Shown one piece after another: positions 37,812 through 47,891 of a stretch of 64,000 nt of DNA. This DNA is from Candidatus Iainarchaeum sp. (lineage in GTDB: Archaea > Iainarchaeota > Iainarchaeia > Iainarchaeales > UBA10191): the NCBI GenBank assembly GCA_030649735.1, contig JAUSFL010000036.1, positions 64,001 to 128,000 on the forward strand. The letters run 5' to 3'. Position 1 is the stretch's first letter. Every line of letters starts with the position of its first letter. Below the pieces are notes generated by a model, which had not been told where the DNA came from, ran no database searches, and saw nothing but the letters and a program-made list of their open reading frames with translations. A program made the position numbers and the translations under genes.

Positions 37812-38543
37812 ATGAAAAAAGCAATAATTTTGATTGCAATAATCGCATTGATTGCTCTAGCGGGCTGTTCACAGCCGCCAAGCAATCCGCCAACAACCCC
37901 TGCAGGGGCAAACAATAGAACAGCCCCCTCGGGAAATACTACAGCACCGCCGGGAAACAATGCAGGCACGGTCGCAAGCCAGCCTGCATTCAGCGACGTG
38001 GCAAGCAAGCTCTTGACAGCAAAGTTCAAGGCAACTTATCAAATGACTTCAACAGCACAACCCGGGCAAAACATTGAATCCACCCAATACATGCTATACC
38101 CAAAGCAAAGAACAGACATGACAGTTGAAGGAAAAGAAATAAGGACTTTAATTAATCTTTCAAGCGGAGAGTACATTTCTTGCTTTAACAATTCAGGCTG
38201 GGCTTGCATGAAATTGCCAAATCCCCAAGCAGGAAGAACAGACACTGCTTTTGAAGCAAGCAAAAACCAAAGCGATTTTGACACTTCATTCGACGGCACA
38301 ATGACTGTTGCAGGAAGGACTGGAAATTGCTACAAAATCTCCAAAAAAACAGGCATAATCTTAAAGTCAAGGATTTGCGCAACAACTGACGGAATATTGC
38401 TTTACACAATGACTGAAACAGAGCAAGGAAGCAGTACAACCCAAGCGACTTCAATATCAACAGATGTTTCAGAAAGCGACTTTACGCCCCCGGCAACCCC
38501 TCAAGACTTGAGCGGAACAATTCCCGCAGGCCTGCCGCAGTAA
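37812..38543 (+). CDS. Lipoprotein
   Basis: Lipobox LAGC, Pro/Thr linker, paired Cys, C-terminal VSESDFTPP. Confidence 0.75.
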   Translation: MKKAIILIAIIALIALAGCSQPPSNPPTTPAGANNRTAPSGNTTAPPGNNAGTVASQPAFSDVASKLLTAKFKATYQMTSTAQPGQNIESTQYMLYPKQRTDMTVEGKEIRTLINLSSGEYISCFNNSGWACMKLPNPQAGRTDTAFEASKNQSDFDTSFDGTMTVAGRTGNCYKISKKTGIILKSRICATTDGILLYTMTETEQGSSTTQATSISTDVSESDFTPPATPQDLSGTIPAGLPQ

Positions 38544-38671
38544 AATTTTTGGAAAAGGGAAAAAAATTCCCTTTCCTTTTATTTTTCATAAAAAAAACTC
38601 TCAAAGAAGACTTTTTAATCTTTAACTGCCTTCTAATATGGGATTTTCCAATAGGCAATAGCGGTTTTTTA

Positions 38672-41575
38672 ATGATAAAGCTCAAGAAATTAGAGTTCAA
38701 AAACTTCAAGTCTTTCAAGAAAGCCAGCATTCCAATGGCTGAAGGATTCACTGCAATTGCGGGCCCCAATGGATCGGGAAAATCAAATATTTTAGACGGC
38801 TTGTTGTTTGTTTTGGGAATTACAAGCATGAAAATGCTCCGCGCCGACAAGCTTACAGAACTAGTCAATCACGAGGCAGAAGACAGCACAGCGCGCGTTT
38901 CGCTGATTTTGAAAGACAAGGAGCAAGAGTTTGAAATCAGCAGAAGCATTGACAGGCAGGGAAAAAGCGTTTGCAGAATGAACGAAAAGCGCTGCGGGCT
39001 CAATGAAATTGCAAGCTTTTTGAACGAGGTCGGAATAAAGCCGACAGGCTACAACATTGTCGTCCAAGGGGACATTACCAGAATCATTCAAATGAGCCCT
39101 AAGGAAAGGCGCGGAATAATTGACGAAGCCGCAGGCATTAGGGAGTTTGACGAAAAGCGCGAGGAAGCGCTTAAAGAACTGGACAAGGTTGAAATCAAAA
39201 TCAAGGAAGTCCGCATAGTGCTTAATGAAAGAGAGCAATTCTTGCGCGAGCTCGCGAACGAGCGCGAGGCAGCGAACAAGTACCTGCAATTGACGCGCGA
39301 GCTAAAGCAAAGCAAGGCAACGCTTTTCAAGCTCGAAATTGGCGAGTTGAATGCTGAAAACGCAAAGTTTGAAATGAAAGAAAGCAAGATTGCCGAAGAA
39401 TTAAAGGCGTTCACAGACCAAAGGAATGAAGTTTCGCAAAGAATTGCCGAGCTTTCCGCAAAAATCGAAGAATTGAACAATTTCCTCATTTCCTCTGGAG
39501 AAAAAAACTTTGAAGAATTTGGAAGGGTTTTTGAAGAGAAAAAATCAGAGCTCCGCATTAGCGAGGAAAGAATCAGCGAAGGAAAAAAAGGCCTTGAAGA
39601 ATTCACAAAAAGAGAAGAAAGCATTCACGGAGCATTAAAAGAGCTTGAGGAAAGGAAAAAACAGCTTGCCGAAGGCCTAAAGGCAGCCGCAAAAGAATTG
39701 AAAGCGCTTGAAGAAAAATTAAAGCAAGAGGCAAGCATCAAGGAAGGCAACATTAATGAATTGCAGAACGCGTTGCAAAAGGCGGCAAAAGCAATGGAAG
39801 AAAAGCGGGCTGAACTCCGGATTGCTGAAGAATTCGCAAAGCAAGACGCACGGGCAATCACTGAAAGAAAGAATCGCTCTGCAATCCTGAAAAGCCAATT
39901 GGAAAGCATTGAAGAAAGGAAAAGCCAGGTTTCTGGAAAATTCAAGGCAGAAAACGCAAAAGTCAAAGAGCTTCAAGGAAAAGTCTCAAAATTTGAAAGC
40001 GAAAAAGTGACTGAAAACTTGAATGACAGCATTAAAAAACACGGGATTCTGGAAGGAGAATTAAAGGGCTTAAAGGATTCCTTGAAGGAATTGAAAAAGG
40101 CGGCTGCAAAATGCCCTGTTTGCGAAGCAAGCCTTAAGGAATCAAGAAAAAAAGAGCTTGCTGAAAATAAGGAAAAAGAAATCGCAAAGCTTGAATCCAA
40201 GGCAAGAACTCTGGAAGAAAAAACCAGAGAGTTTGAGGAAAAGTTTTCCGAATTAAGCCAAGCCAAAGCCGAATTCAACATAATTAATTCTGGCTTTCAA
40301 AAAACAGAGTCTGAATTAAAGCACTTTGAAGAAAGAGCAGCTGAACTTTCAAAAGAATCAAAAGAAAACGAGAAACTGCTTTCAGAAATCGAGCTAAAAA
40401 ATTCCAATGCAATCGAGCAAATCCCAAAACTGAAGCAACAGCTTGGAGAACTTGAAAGCGAGCATTCCAAAAGGCTTGAAAAGCACAACAGCATTCAAGA
40501 AATTGAAAGAGAATTCCAAAAACAAAGCAATGAAAGGCTGCGCCTGGAATTCGAAGAAAAAAGCAGTGCTGAAAGAATTGCAGAATTGGAAAAGGAAACT
40601 CCATCAATTGAAAAATCAAGCATTGAAATTGCGGAGAGAATAAAGCTTGAAAGCGAAAAAGCCAGGCATTTGGGCAAGGAATTGCAGGAACTCGAAATCC
40701 AGCAGAAAAAAAGCCTTGAGAAAAACAAGCGCTGGCTTGACGAAAAAGAGCTATTGAAGGGAAAAAACGAAGAGGCTTTTGCAAAAAAGCAAAAAAGCGA
40801 AGAAATCATCAGAAAGCAGGAAATGCAATTAAACGAGCTTGCCTTGGAAAAAAGCAAGAATTCAGTTCGCTTGACAGACTTGCAGGAAGAGCAAAAGAAT
40901 TTCATTGAAGAAAAAATCATTGAAAACATGAACTTGGATGCTTTGAGAAGGAGAATTCCCCAAATAGACAAGGAATTGAATTCTCTTGGCGCAATAAACA
41001 TGAAGGCCTTGGAAAGCTTTGAGAATTTGGGAAGGGAAGTAGGGGAAGTGCGCGCAAAAGCCAACAAGCTAGAGGAAGAAAAAATTTCAGTAATGGACTT
41101 GATTCAAAAAATCGAGGTCAAAAGGCTTGAAGTGTTTGCAAACTGCTTCAACAAAGTCAATGAAAACTTCAACAAACTGTACTTTGACTTCTTTGAAGGC
41201 AAAGGCGCTTTGCGCCTGACTGACGAGAAAAGCCCTTTCGAGGCAGGACTGATCATAGAAGTTGCCCACAAAAACAACAAGACATTAAGCATTGACCTGA
41301 TGAGCGGCGGAGAAAGGACTTTGGCCGCGCTTGCCTTCTTGTTTGCAATCCAATTCTATGAGCCTTCGCCATTTTACGTTTTTGACGAGGCAGACGCCGC
41401 ACTCGATGACGCCAATTCCATAAAATTTGCGAACATGATCAAGGAAATTTCAAAGCAAAGCCAATTCATTGCAATAACCCACAATGACGTTGTCATAAAG
41501 CAAGCCGACCAAATAATCGGAGTTGCAACCAACAAGCAAAAAAGCAGTTCAGTGATAGGGCTGAAAGTCCAGTGA
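38672..41575 (+). CDS. smc: SMC-family ATPase (967 aa) with central CPVC zinc-hook motif and no recognisable hinge
   Basis: NFKSF, GPNGSGKSN, VVQGD, LGAINMKA, MSGGE, PFYVFDEADAALD, QFIAITH; CPVC at residue 481. Confidence 0.88.
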   Translation: MIKLKKLEFKNFKSFKKASIPMAEGFTAIAGPNGSGKSNILDGLLFVLGITSMKMLRADKLTELVNHEAEDSTARVSLILKDKEQEFEISRSIDRQGKSVCRMNEKRCGLNEIASFLNEVGIKPTGYNIVVQGDITRIIQMSPKERRGIIDEAAGIREFDEKREEALKELDKVEIKIKEVRIVLNEREQFLRELANEREAANKYLQLTRELKQSKATLFKLEIGELNAENAKFEMKESKIAEELKAFTDQRNEVSQRIAELSAKIEELNNFLISSGEKNFEEFGRVFEEKKSELRISEERISEGKKGLEEFTKREESIHGALKELEERKKQLAEGLKAAAKELKALEEKLKQEASIKEGNINELQNALQKAAKAMEEKRAELRIAEEFAKQDARAITERKNRSAILKSQLESIEERKSQVSGKFKAENAKVKELQGKVSKFESEKVTENLNDSIKKHGILEGELKGLKDSLKELKKAAAKCPVCEASLKESRKKELAENKEKEIAKLESKARTLEEKTREFEEKFSELSQAKAEFNIINSGFQKTESELKHFEERAAELSKESKENEKLLSEIELKNSNAIEQIPKLKQQLGELESEHSKRLEKHNSIQEIEREFQKQSNERLRLEFEEKSSAERIAELEKETPSIEKSSIEIAERIKLESEKARHLGKELQELEIQQKKSLEKNKRWLDEKELLKGKNEEAFAKKQKSEEIIRKQEMQLNELALEKSKNSVRLTDLQEEQKNFIEEKIIENMNLDALRRRIPQIDKELNSLGAINMKALESFENLGREVGEVRAKANKLEEEKISVMDLIQKIEVKRLEVFANCFNKVNENFNKLYFDFFEGKGALRLTDEKSPFEAGLIIEVAHKNNKTLSIDLMSGGERTLAALAFLFAIQFYEPSPFYVFDEADAALDDANSIKFANMIKEISKQSQFIAITHNDVVIKQADQIIGVATNKQKSSSVIGLKVQ

Positions 41576-41584
41576 GGAAAAAGA

Positions 41585-42682
41585 ATGCACGCTAAAAAAC
41601 TGGTTTGCTTCAAGTGCGGGAAAGAATTTCCAGCAAATTCGAGAATTTTTTGGTGCTCTAAATGCGGCTATTCATTAGATGTTGAATACCATTATAGTGA
41701 AATCAAGAACTTGGTGGAAAGAGAAGAGTTTTTGAGGGCGCCAGTAAAGCACTGGAAGTACTGGATGTTCTATCCAGTGCAGGATTTGCAGAAAGTAGTT
41801 TCAATGCATGAGGGCGGAACAGCGCTAATTAAATCACGGCATTTCAAGGATTACTGGTTCAAGTTTGAAGGCGTAAACCCGACAGGCAGTTTCAAGGACC
41901 GCGGTTCTACAATCGAAATAACCAAGGCAATTGAAAATTGCGAGAAAGAAGTCTTGTGCGCTAGCACTGGAAACATGGGCGCTTCAATTGCAGCTTATTC
42001 TGCACGCGCTGGAATTAAGGCAAGCATTTTCGTGCCAGAATTCGCAAGCAGTGAAAAAATCCGCCAGATTAAGGCTTATGGAGCAAGCGTTACAAAAGTA
42101 AAAGGAACTTACGACCACGCGCTGGAATTGACAAAAAAAATTTTTGAAAAAAAAGGCACTTACTTGACTGGAGATTATTATTACAGGGCTGAAGGCCAAA
42201 AAAGCGTTGGATTTGAGATAATAGACCAGTTAAACTGGGAAAGTCCGGAAAACATCGTGTGCCCGGTAGGCAATGGCACTTTATTGTTTGCTGTCTTCAA
42301 GGCATGCAAGGAATTTGCGAAAGTCGGCTTATTGAAAAGCATGCCCCGCATTTACGGAGTGCAGGCGACAGGCTGCAACCCAATCAAAAAAGCCAAGGTT
42401 TTGCCAGTCAAAAACCCGAAAACTGAAGCAAGCGCCATTGACTGCGGAAACCCAGTTTACGGCCTTGAAGTCTTGAAAGCAATCAAGGAATCAAAAGGAC
42501 AGATTGCCGCGGTTTCTGACAAGGAAATGGCAAAAAGCATGAAAAGCCTTGCAAGCGAAGGCATTTTTGCAGAATTAAGCGGAGCAGCAAGCTTGGCCGG
42601 AGCATTAAAGCTTGGCTTGAAGGGAAAAACAGCGTGCATTGTTTCAGGCCACGGGTTGAAAGAAAGCAAAAGCTACTACTAG
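41585..42682 (+). CDS. thrC: Threonine synthase
   Basis: N-terminal CxxC pairs, EGGT, NPTGSFKDRG, ASTGN, PVGNG. Confidence 0.9.
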   Translation: MHAKKLVCFKCGKEFPANSRIFWCSKCGYSLDVEYHYSEIKNLVEREEFLRAPVKHWKYWMFYPVQDLQKVVSMHEGGTALIKSRHFKDYWFKFEGVNPTGSFKDRGSTIEITKAIENCEKEVLCASTGNMGASIAAYSARAGIKASIFVPEFASSEKIRQIKAYGASVTKVKGTYDHALELTKKIFEKKGTYLTGDYYYRAEGQKSVGFEIIDQLNWESPENIVCPVGNGTLLFAVFKACKEFAKVGLLKSMPRIYGVQATGCNPIKKAKVLPVKNPKTEASAIDCGNPVYGLEVLKAIKESKGQIAAVSDKEMAKSMKSLASEGIFAELSGAASLAGALKLGLKGKTACIVSGHGLKESKSYY

Positions 42683-45105
42683 CGTTTTTTCTTTTTTTTC
42701 TGCAAAGGCCTTCTGGCCTGCACTTTTGAAGGCTTTTTTATCTGAGAGGCAATGTCATTCAATGCAGTGCTTGAAAAGCTTTTATCCCTTGCACTTGCAG
42801 TTTTGGCTGCGACAATTGGCTTTGGCTTTCCCGAATCAGTCAAGGAATCATTCAAGCGCTTTATTTCAGAGCCAATCTGCCTTAAGGCTTCCTGATAGTC
42901 TTCTTCAAGGATTTTTCCGGCGGCATAATCCCTCTTCAGCACGCGGATTGAATGCTCTAGGCCAGAGCTTTTTGAATGCAAGTAATCCAATTCCACAGTG
43001 TTGTGGGATTTTGACTTTGCGGAAGTTTCTATTTTTGAAATGCTTTCAGAAAGCTTTTTTGAATGCTCCAGGAACTCTTGCGCGCTGATTTTTCCAACAG
43101 CGTAATCCTGCGCTAGCCTTTTCTGCTGTTTTGAAAGCTCGCCAAACTCGTGAACTTCAAGCACGCCTTTAGAGCGCTTTCTTACAATCAAAATAATCAA
43201 TACAACAGATGCAAGAAGCCCAACGCCTAAAACAAAAATTATCAAAAACAAGTAACGCGTGTTGTCTTGAGTCACTGTGACATTCACTCCCAAAGGCTGC
43301 TTTCTTGGAATGTTGACTAATTCAGAGTCTGGAATGATTGAATAATGCGCGAAAGCCAATTTTGCGGCGTTAAGGTTGCTTTCAGCCAAGAACGCGAGCG
43401 AAACCCCGCTTTTGAGCATTTCAGCGGCAGTGCCTGCCTGCCCATTCTGCTGGTAGAATTTGGCGCCATTCAAGTAATAGCGCGCGTGATCCAAGTACAA
43501 GTTTGCCCAAACAGGCTTGAAATTCAAGTCCTTCAATTGGGAATCAAGGGCGGCAATCTTGCTGACTAGAATGCTTTCCAAGGCATTGGCGTCCTTTCCA
43601 TTAACCGCTGATTCTGCATCAAGCAATGACTGGGCTGAAACAGCGTCAAAATACCCGCCTAAATTCCATTTGAAGGCCTGCTCTATTTTTGCAGAATTCA
43701 CTCTTCGGGTAATGTCTTCCTTTTCTGAAGCGCCGTTAATGCTTAAGCCATTCTCTGCCTTGATTATTGCAGCGCTTAATTCTGGCTTTAAAAAATCATT
43801 CAAGGACGCCCATTTTTCAGAATTGCTTCCAAAATCGTAAAAGTTCACTGCAATGTCAAACCATGCCTGGGCGAATTCAAAATCCTGCACTTTTTTCACG
43901 GCGGTCGTAGAGTCTGTCTGCTGGACTCCATTAATCACAATGATTGTTTCAGGCTGCGCTAGCTGTTCCAGGTTAATGCGTGCCCAAGTCAAGCGCTGCT
44001 GTGCCGCGGCATACCATTCAAAATCATTGGTTGGAATTCCCTTGTCAATTTCTTCCTCTAATGCCTTGACTTTTTCCTGCAGGTTTTGCACTTTCACTTT
44101 CAATACTGTTGAATTGTCCGAAAGAATTGACGGGTTTTCAGCAATGTCTTTTATTGTCAAAGCGTTCACGCGCGCAAGGAAAGTGTAATTTGCCGAAGAG
44201 TACAAGTAATTGGCGTCATTCAGTGTTTGCGCTTCCTTCAATGCGTCTTCAGTGTCCCCAAGCTGTGAAAGCAGGCTGTTGATTACTGAAGTGTCATTGA
44301 TTAAAGTCGTTGACAATGAATTCCTTGCGGAATTGATCAAGTCTTTTGTTTCAGAAAGGAATTTTGAATTCTGCCTCTGCAAAGGCGCAAGCGAGCTTGC
44401 CTGGCCTATTGGCTTTGGCACAAAAACCAATTGGGGCTGCTGCAGTGTTTTGTTGACGTCAATTTTTGAAATGTCAGAAAAAGCAAGCTTTAACGCAGTG
44501 TCCAATTTGTCGACTTCAATGACTTTCATCCCCCACTCTTTCAGCGCATAATCAGGCAATGAAATGTTTTGGACTCCGGAAGGCAATTTTACAGTCTGCT
44601 TTGCCTCTCCTTTCGGAATCATGAAAAGCTTTATCCCAATTTTTGCGGCCTCTTGGCTTTTTTCAAAAACCCCGCCAACAGGCCCTATTGTGCCGTCTTC
44701 GGAAATAGTTCCGGTCATTCCAACCTGCGCCGGGATTGCCTTGTTTTGAAGCGAGGCAACAGTCAATAACGCCATTGCACTGCCTGCAGAAGGGCCTTCA
44801 ACAACTGACGCCTGGCTTTTAATTTCAAACAAGTAGTCAAAATTGTCAACTTCTGGAGAATAGTTCTTTGCCAGCCTTACAGCAACCAATTCTGCATTCT
44901 GCGTTGTGGTTCCAACCAATGGAACAACAGAACTCCACACTTTTCCAGACCCGTTAGGCAGGATTTTCAAGGTCAAGTCCGCAGAAAGGCCTTTGCCTTC
45001 AGAAGTGACGGCAAAAATCTTCATTGAAGCCTGCGAAGTCACTGCAAGAACCGCGGTTGCGGAAAAAAGGACAAAAAGCAAAACAAGCAATTGCCGAAAA
45101 TTCAT
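42679..45105 (-). CDS. Secreted, membrane-anchored Lon-like (S16) serine protease
   Basis: Signal peptide, EGPSAG, TGTISEDGTIGPVGGVFEK, C-terminal TM helix and basic tail. Confidence 0.85.
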   Translation of the reverse strand: MNFRQLLVLLFVLFSATAVLAVTSQASMKIFAVTSEGKGLSADLTLKILPNGSGKVWSSVVPLVGTTTQNAELVAVRLAKNYSPEVDNFDYLFEIKSQASVVEGPSAGSAMALLTVASLQNKAIPAQVGMTGTISEDGTIGPVGGVFEKSQEAAKIGIKLFMIPKGEAKQTVKLPSGVQNISLPDYALKEWGMKVIEVDKLDTALKLAFSDISKIDVNKTLQQPQLVFVPKPIGQASSLAPLQRQNSKFLSETKDLINSARNSLSTTLINDTSVINSLLSQLGDTEDALKEAQTLNDANYLYSSANYTFLARVNALTIKDIAENPSILSDNSTVLKVKVQNLQEKVKALEEEIDKGIPTNDFEWYAAAQQRLTWARINLEQLAQPETIIVINGVQQTDSTTAVKKVQDFEFAQAWFDIAVNFYDFGSNSEKWASLNDFLKPELSAAIIKAENGLSINGASEKEDITRRVNSAKIEQAFKWNLGGYFDAVSAQSLLDAESAVNGKDANALESILVSKIAALDSQLKDLNFKPVWANLYLDHARYYLNGAKFYQQNGQAGTAAEMLKSGVSLAFLAESNLNAAKLAFAHYSIIPDSELVNIPRKQPLGVNVTVTQDNTRYLFLIIFVLGVGLLASVVLIILIVRKRSKGVLEVHEFGELSKQQKRLAQDYAVGKISAQEFLEHSKKLSESISKIETSAKSKSHNTVELDYLHSKSSGLEHSIRVLKRDYAAGKILEEDYQEALRQIGSEIKRLNDSLTDSGKPKPIVAAKTASARDKSFSSTALNDIASQIKKPSKVQARRPLQKKKKKR

Positions 45106-45161
45106 TCTAAAATTAGTGAAAAAAGTGTTTAAATTCCTTTGCAATTTGAAAGGCCGTGCTT

Positions 45162-45446
45162 TTATTTCATGTCTTTTTTCAGTTGCGTTTCAAACGCAAC
45201 GCGCTTTCTCTGGACTGAAAAAATCAGAACTATGCCAAACGCTATTAAAGCGGTTATCAATGCCGGAAGAGAGTAAGAGTTTTGCATTGAAGGGACAATT
45301 TGGACTAGCATGAAGTAATTCATGAGCATTAAAAGCGAAAGCAAAATCGCGGTGAAAAAAACAAGGTAAGTCAATTGGTTTGTCCACTCAAGAAAAGCGT
45401 ACAAGTCCATCAAAAACTTCTTGTTCTCTGTTTTTTTCAAAGCCAT
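45162..45446 (-). CDS. Small two-TM membrane protein
   Basis: Likely start MALKK at 45446; two hydrophobic helices. Confidence 0.55.
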   Translation of the reverse strand: MALKKTENKKFLMDLYAFLEWTNQLTYLVFFTAILLSLLMLMNYFMLVQIVPSMQNSYSLPALITALIAFGIVLIFSVQRKRVAFETQLKKDMK

Positions 45447-45545
45447 GATATAAAAATGAATTAAGAGTTTAAAAATTTTGTCATTGCAAAAAACAAGGCT
45501 TTTTATTGAAGAAAGCGCTAATTTTTTCAGCAAAGAGTTGAGCAA

Positions 45546-45926
45546 ATGCCTTTCAAGAAACCAAGGGAAAGAATTCTTCCAAACAATATCCATTATTGGC
45601 GTGGAAGAAAATGGCGTGAAATCCAAATGATAGAGGCAATGCCTGGCGATGGATTAAGGCGCTCTAAAGGAATAAACCGCATTGTGCAAATATTCAACAA
45701 AAGGCTCATTAAAGGCCAGCTTTCCCAAAAGCAAGCTTACAATGCTGCCAGGGCAATTGAAATACTGGCTTCTGAAATCACTGACGAGGCAATCCAAAGA
45801 ATGGACCAAAATAGCATGAAGCACGGAAGCTGGAACGAGGAATACATAAACTGCCTGAAGCATTACTGGCAAATAATGCCAAGAAAGCTTAAGGCAGAGC
45901 TAATAAGGCAAAGCAGAAAAGAATAA
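45546..45926 (+). CDS. Basic hypothetical protein
   Basis: 126-aa ORF starting MPFKKPRER. Confidence 0.55.
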   Translation: MPFKKPRERILPNNIHYWRGRKWREIQMIEAMPGDGLRRSKGINRIVQIFNKRLIKGQLSQKQAYNAARAIEILASEITDEAIQRMDQNSMKHGSWNEEYINCLKHYWQIMPRKLKAELIRQSRKE

Positions 45927-45998
45927 GCCTGAATTTGGCATGGCTTGCCTTAAGCTCAAGCTAGGAAATGAAAAAGAAAAAAAGGTCAAAGGCTGGCT

Positions 45999-46298
45999 TT
46001 AACCAAATAAGCTTCCGAGTCCTTCGGCCGCTGCTTCTGCTGCTTTTGCTGAGTCTTCTTCTTTCTTTTCAGCCTTTGCCGCTGTAGGAGCTGCTGTTGG
46101 GGCTGCGACTGCAACTTGGGCAACTGCTGCCTGTTTTATTGCTTCTTCAATGTTTATTCCTTTCAATGAAGCAACCAAAGCCTTGACTTTTGAAGAGTCG
46201 GCATTAACTCCAGCGGCCTTTAAGACTGCTGAAACCTTTTCTTCGCTAATGTCTTGCTTTGCAGCGTGAAGCAACATTGCACTATAGACGTATTCCAT
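45999..46298 (-). CDS. rpl12: 50S ribosomal protein L12 (aP1)
   Basis: MEYVYSAMLLH...GLGSLFG. Confidence 0.97.
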   Translation of the reverse strand: MEYVYSAMLLHAAKQDISEEKVSAVLKAAGVNADSSKVKALVASLKGINIEEAIKQAAVAQVAVAAPTAAPTAAKAEKKEEDSAKAAEAAAEGLGSLFG

Positions 46299-46328
46299 TA
46301 TTTCACCTCATTAATTGTAAAATTTTAG

Positions 46329-47192
46329 TTAAGCGTTTTCCTCTTTAACCAAGGCCTTCAATGCCATTGCCTGCCTTTCAGCCTTTGCCAAAATGTCTGC
46401 TGCGGTTTCAGGCTCAATGAATTCTGCCTCTATTGAAACAGCCTTTGCTTCCCTAAAGGCCTTCTGTATCATTATTGGAGTTGATTCGTTATTGAAAATT
46501 CCGGCAAACACCGCCACATTCAATGCATTATTGAATGCCTGGGCAATATTCTCCAAAGTTTGCTCTTCATCAATGTCCAAAACACTTGCCATGAAAATTT
46601 CATTGTTTTCAAAAACCGCAACCAAGTTCAAGCCGACCTTGATTGGCCTGATGTCAAGCTTTTGCAAAACTGAAGCAACTGCAGGAGTGACTGCAACGCC
46701 TTGTTTAGTGACTACCTTGTCTTCAACGACTGAAATTGTGGAACCCATTATTCTAACATTCAATCCAGCCGCCTTCAATTCTGAAAGCGCTGGCCCTGGA
46801 GGCAATCCAGTGTCCATTGCGGGAACCATCAAGTCAAAAGGCGCAAGCATTCCTGCCTTTGCAGCCATGCTTCCCTTGCTTTTTTTCAAGTATCCAAAAA
46901 GCTCGAAAGGATTCATGCTTGTTCCAATTATTGCAATGCTTCCTTCAGCCAATTCCTTAAGCTTTGAGTCCTTCAATTTTGAGGCTTCCAATGCCTTTTG
47001 TATAACGCGGACTTTGGAAACGTGAACTTCTGCCTTTCCATGAAGCTTTTTCCTGATTTGCGCGAAAAGCTTTGCTGGAAATCCTTCCAATGAAGCAATT
47101 GCGATTACAGGATAAGATTCAACGAGCTTTTTGACTTTTTCAAGCTCTGAATGCTTCCAGGCTTTAGTATGAGATTTCACTTTCTCACCCAT
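46329..47192 (-). CDS. rpl10: 50S ribosomal protein L10 (aP0)
   Basis: AWK, QIRKKL, NPFEL, AKAG, DTGLPPGP; lies between L1 and L12. Confidence 0.95.
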   Translation of the reverse strand: MGEKVKSHTKAWKHSELEKVKKLVESYPVIAIASLEGFPAKLFAQIRKKLHGKAEVHVSKVRVIQKALEASKLKDSKLKELAEGSIAIIGTSMNPFELFGYLKKSKGSMAAKAGMLAPFDLMVPAMDTGLPPGPALSELKAAGLNVRIMGSTISVVEDKVVTKQGVAVTPAVASVLQKLDIRPIKVGLNLVAVFENNEIFMASVLDIDEEQTLENIAQAFNNALNVAVFAGIFNNESTPIMIQKAFREAKAVSIEAEFIEPETAADILAKAERQAMALKALVKEENA

Positions 47193-47845
47193 TCGACCTT
47201 TACTGCAGGAGTCATTGTCATTTTCAAAAACATTGATTTGACGTTCAAGTCCCCGTCAGGCAATTTTGCAACCAAAGTCTGATAGACCGCCAATGCATTT
47301 TCTGCCAATTCTTCATCCTTTGAGTCTTCCTTTCCCAATAAAACGTGAACTACTGGCAAGTATCTGCCTTTCTTGTTTGTGACTTTAACTCCGGACTTGA
47401 TTGTCCTTAAGGCGCTTTCAAGGGCTGAAAGTTCTGGCTGGATTGGCCTTGGCATTTTTCCCTTAGGCGCCAAAGCCTGGCCCAAGTATTTTCCGACAGT
47501 CAGCATTACAGGGCCTTCAGCAACAAAGCCGTCAAATTCTTCAGCGAGCTTTCCCGCCTCTTTCTTGTCCATTTGAGTGATTTCATTCTCTGTAATGACG
47601 CGCGCGACTTTGTCCTTGATGATTGCAATGAAGTTTGCGTCTTTTGCAAAAACGCAGATTTTGCCGCTGGCTTTTCCGCTGCTGTAAGGCAGGCTTACTG
47701 TAACGTCAATTCTATTTTCTGACTTTTTGAAGTCAATTCCCCTAAAATTGACAGCGAGCTCTACAGACTGCTTGAATTTTCTTTGCTTGTTCGAGTCCCG
47801 AACTTTCTGCAATGCGACTAAAAAATCTTTTTTTTCCACTTTCAA
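47177..47845 (-). CDS. rpl1: 50S ribosomal protein L1
   Basis: RKFKQSVELAVN, LGQALAPKGKMP. Start is TTG 47845 or GTG 47839. Confidence 0.95.
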   Translation of the reverse strand: MKVEKKDFLVALQKVRDSNKQRKFKQSVELAVNFRGIDFKKSENRIDVTVSLPYSSGKASGKICVFAKDANFIAIIKDKVARVITENEITQMDKKEAGKLAEEFDGFVAEGPVMLTVGKYLGQALAPKGKMPRPIQPELSALESALRTIKSGVKVTNKKGRYLPVVHVLLGKEDSKDEELAENALAVYQTLVAKLPDGDLNVKSMFLKMTMTPAVKVEWVRK

Positions 47846-47846
47846 A

Positions 47847-47891
47847 AACCTCCTAATTGGATTCCGTGGCGGAAGCCATTAGTGAGCGGCT
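47847..47891 (-). promoter_or_regulatory. Putative uL1 autoregulatory mRNA site overlapping the Shine-Dalgarno sequence
   Basis: Minus strand AGCC-GCTCA-CTAAT...ATTAG-GA-GGTT: two helices around an asymmetric loop, matching the CCGC..AC / GGAGG L1-site pattern. Confidence 0.6.

Noticed and set aside
40099-40110. GGCGGCTGCA inside smc (and GCGGCTGCA near 47886) matching the tRNA-Gly end
   Set aside because: Short matches within coding or leader sequence; compatible with chance.
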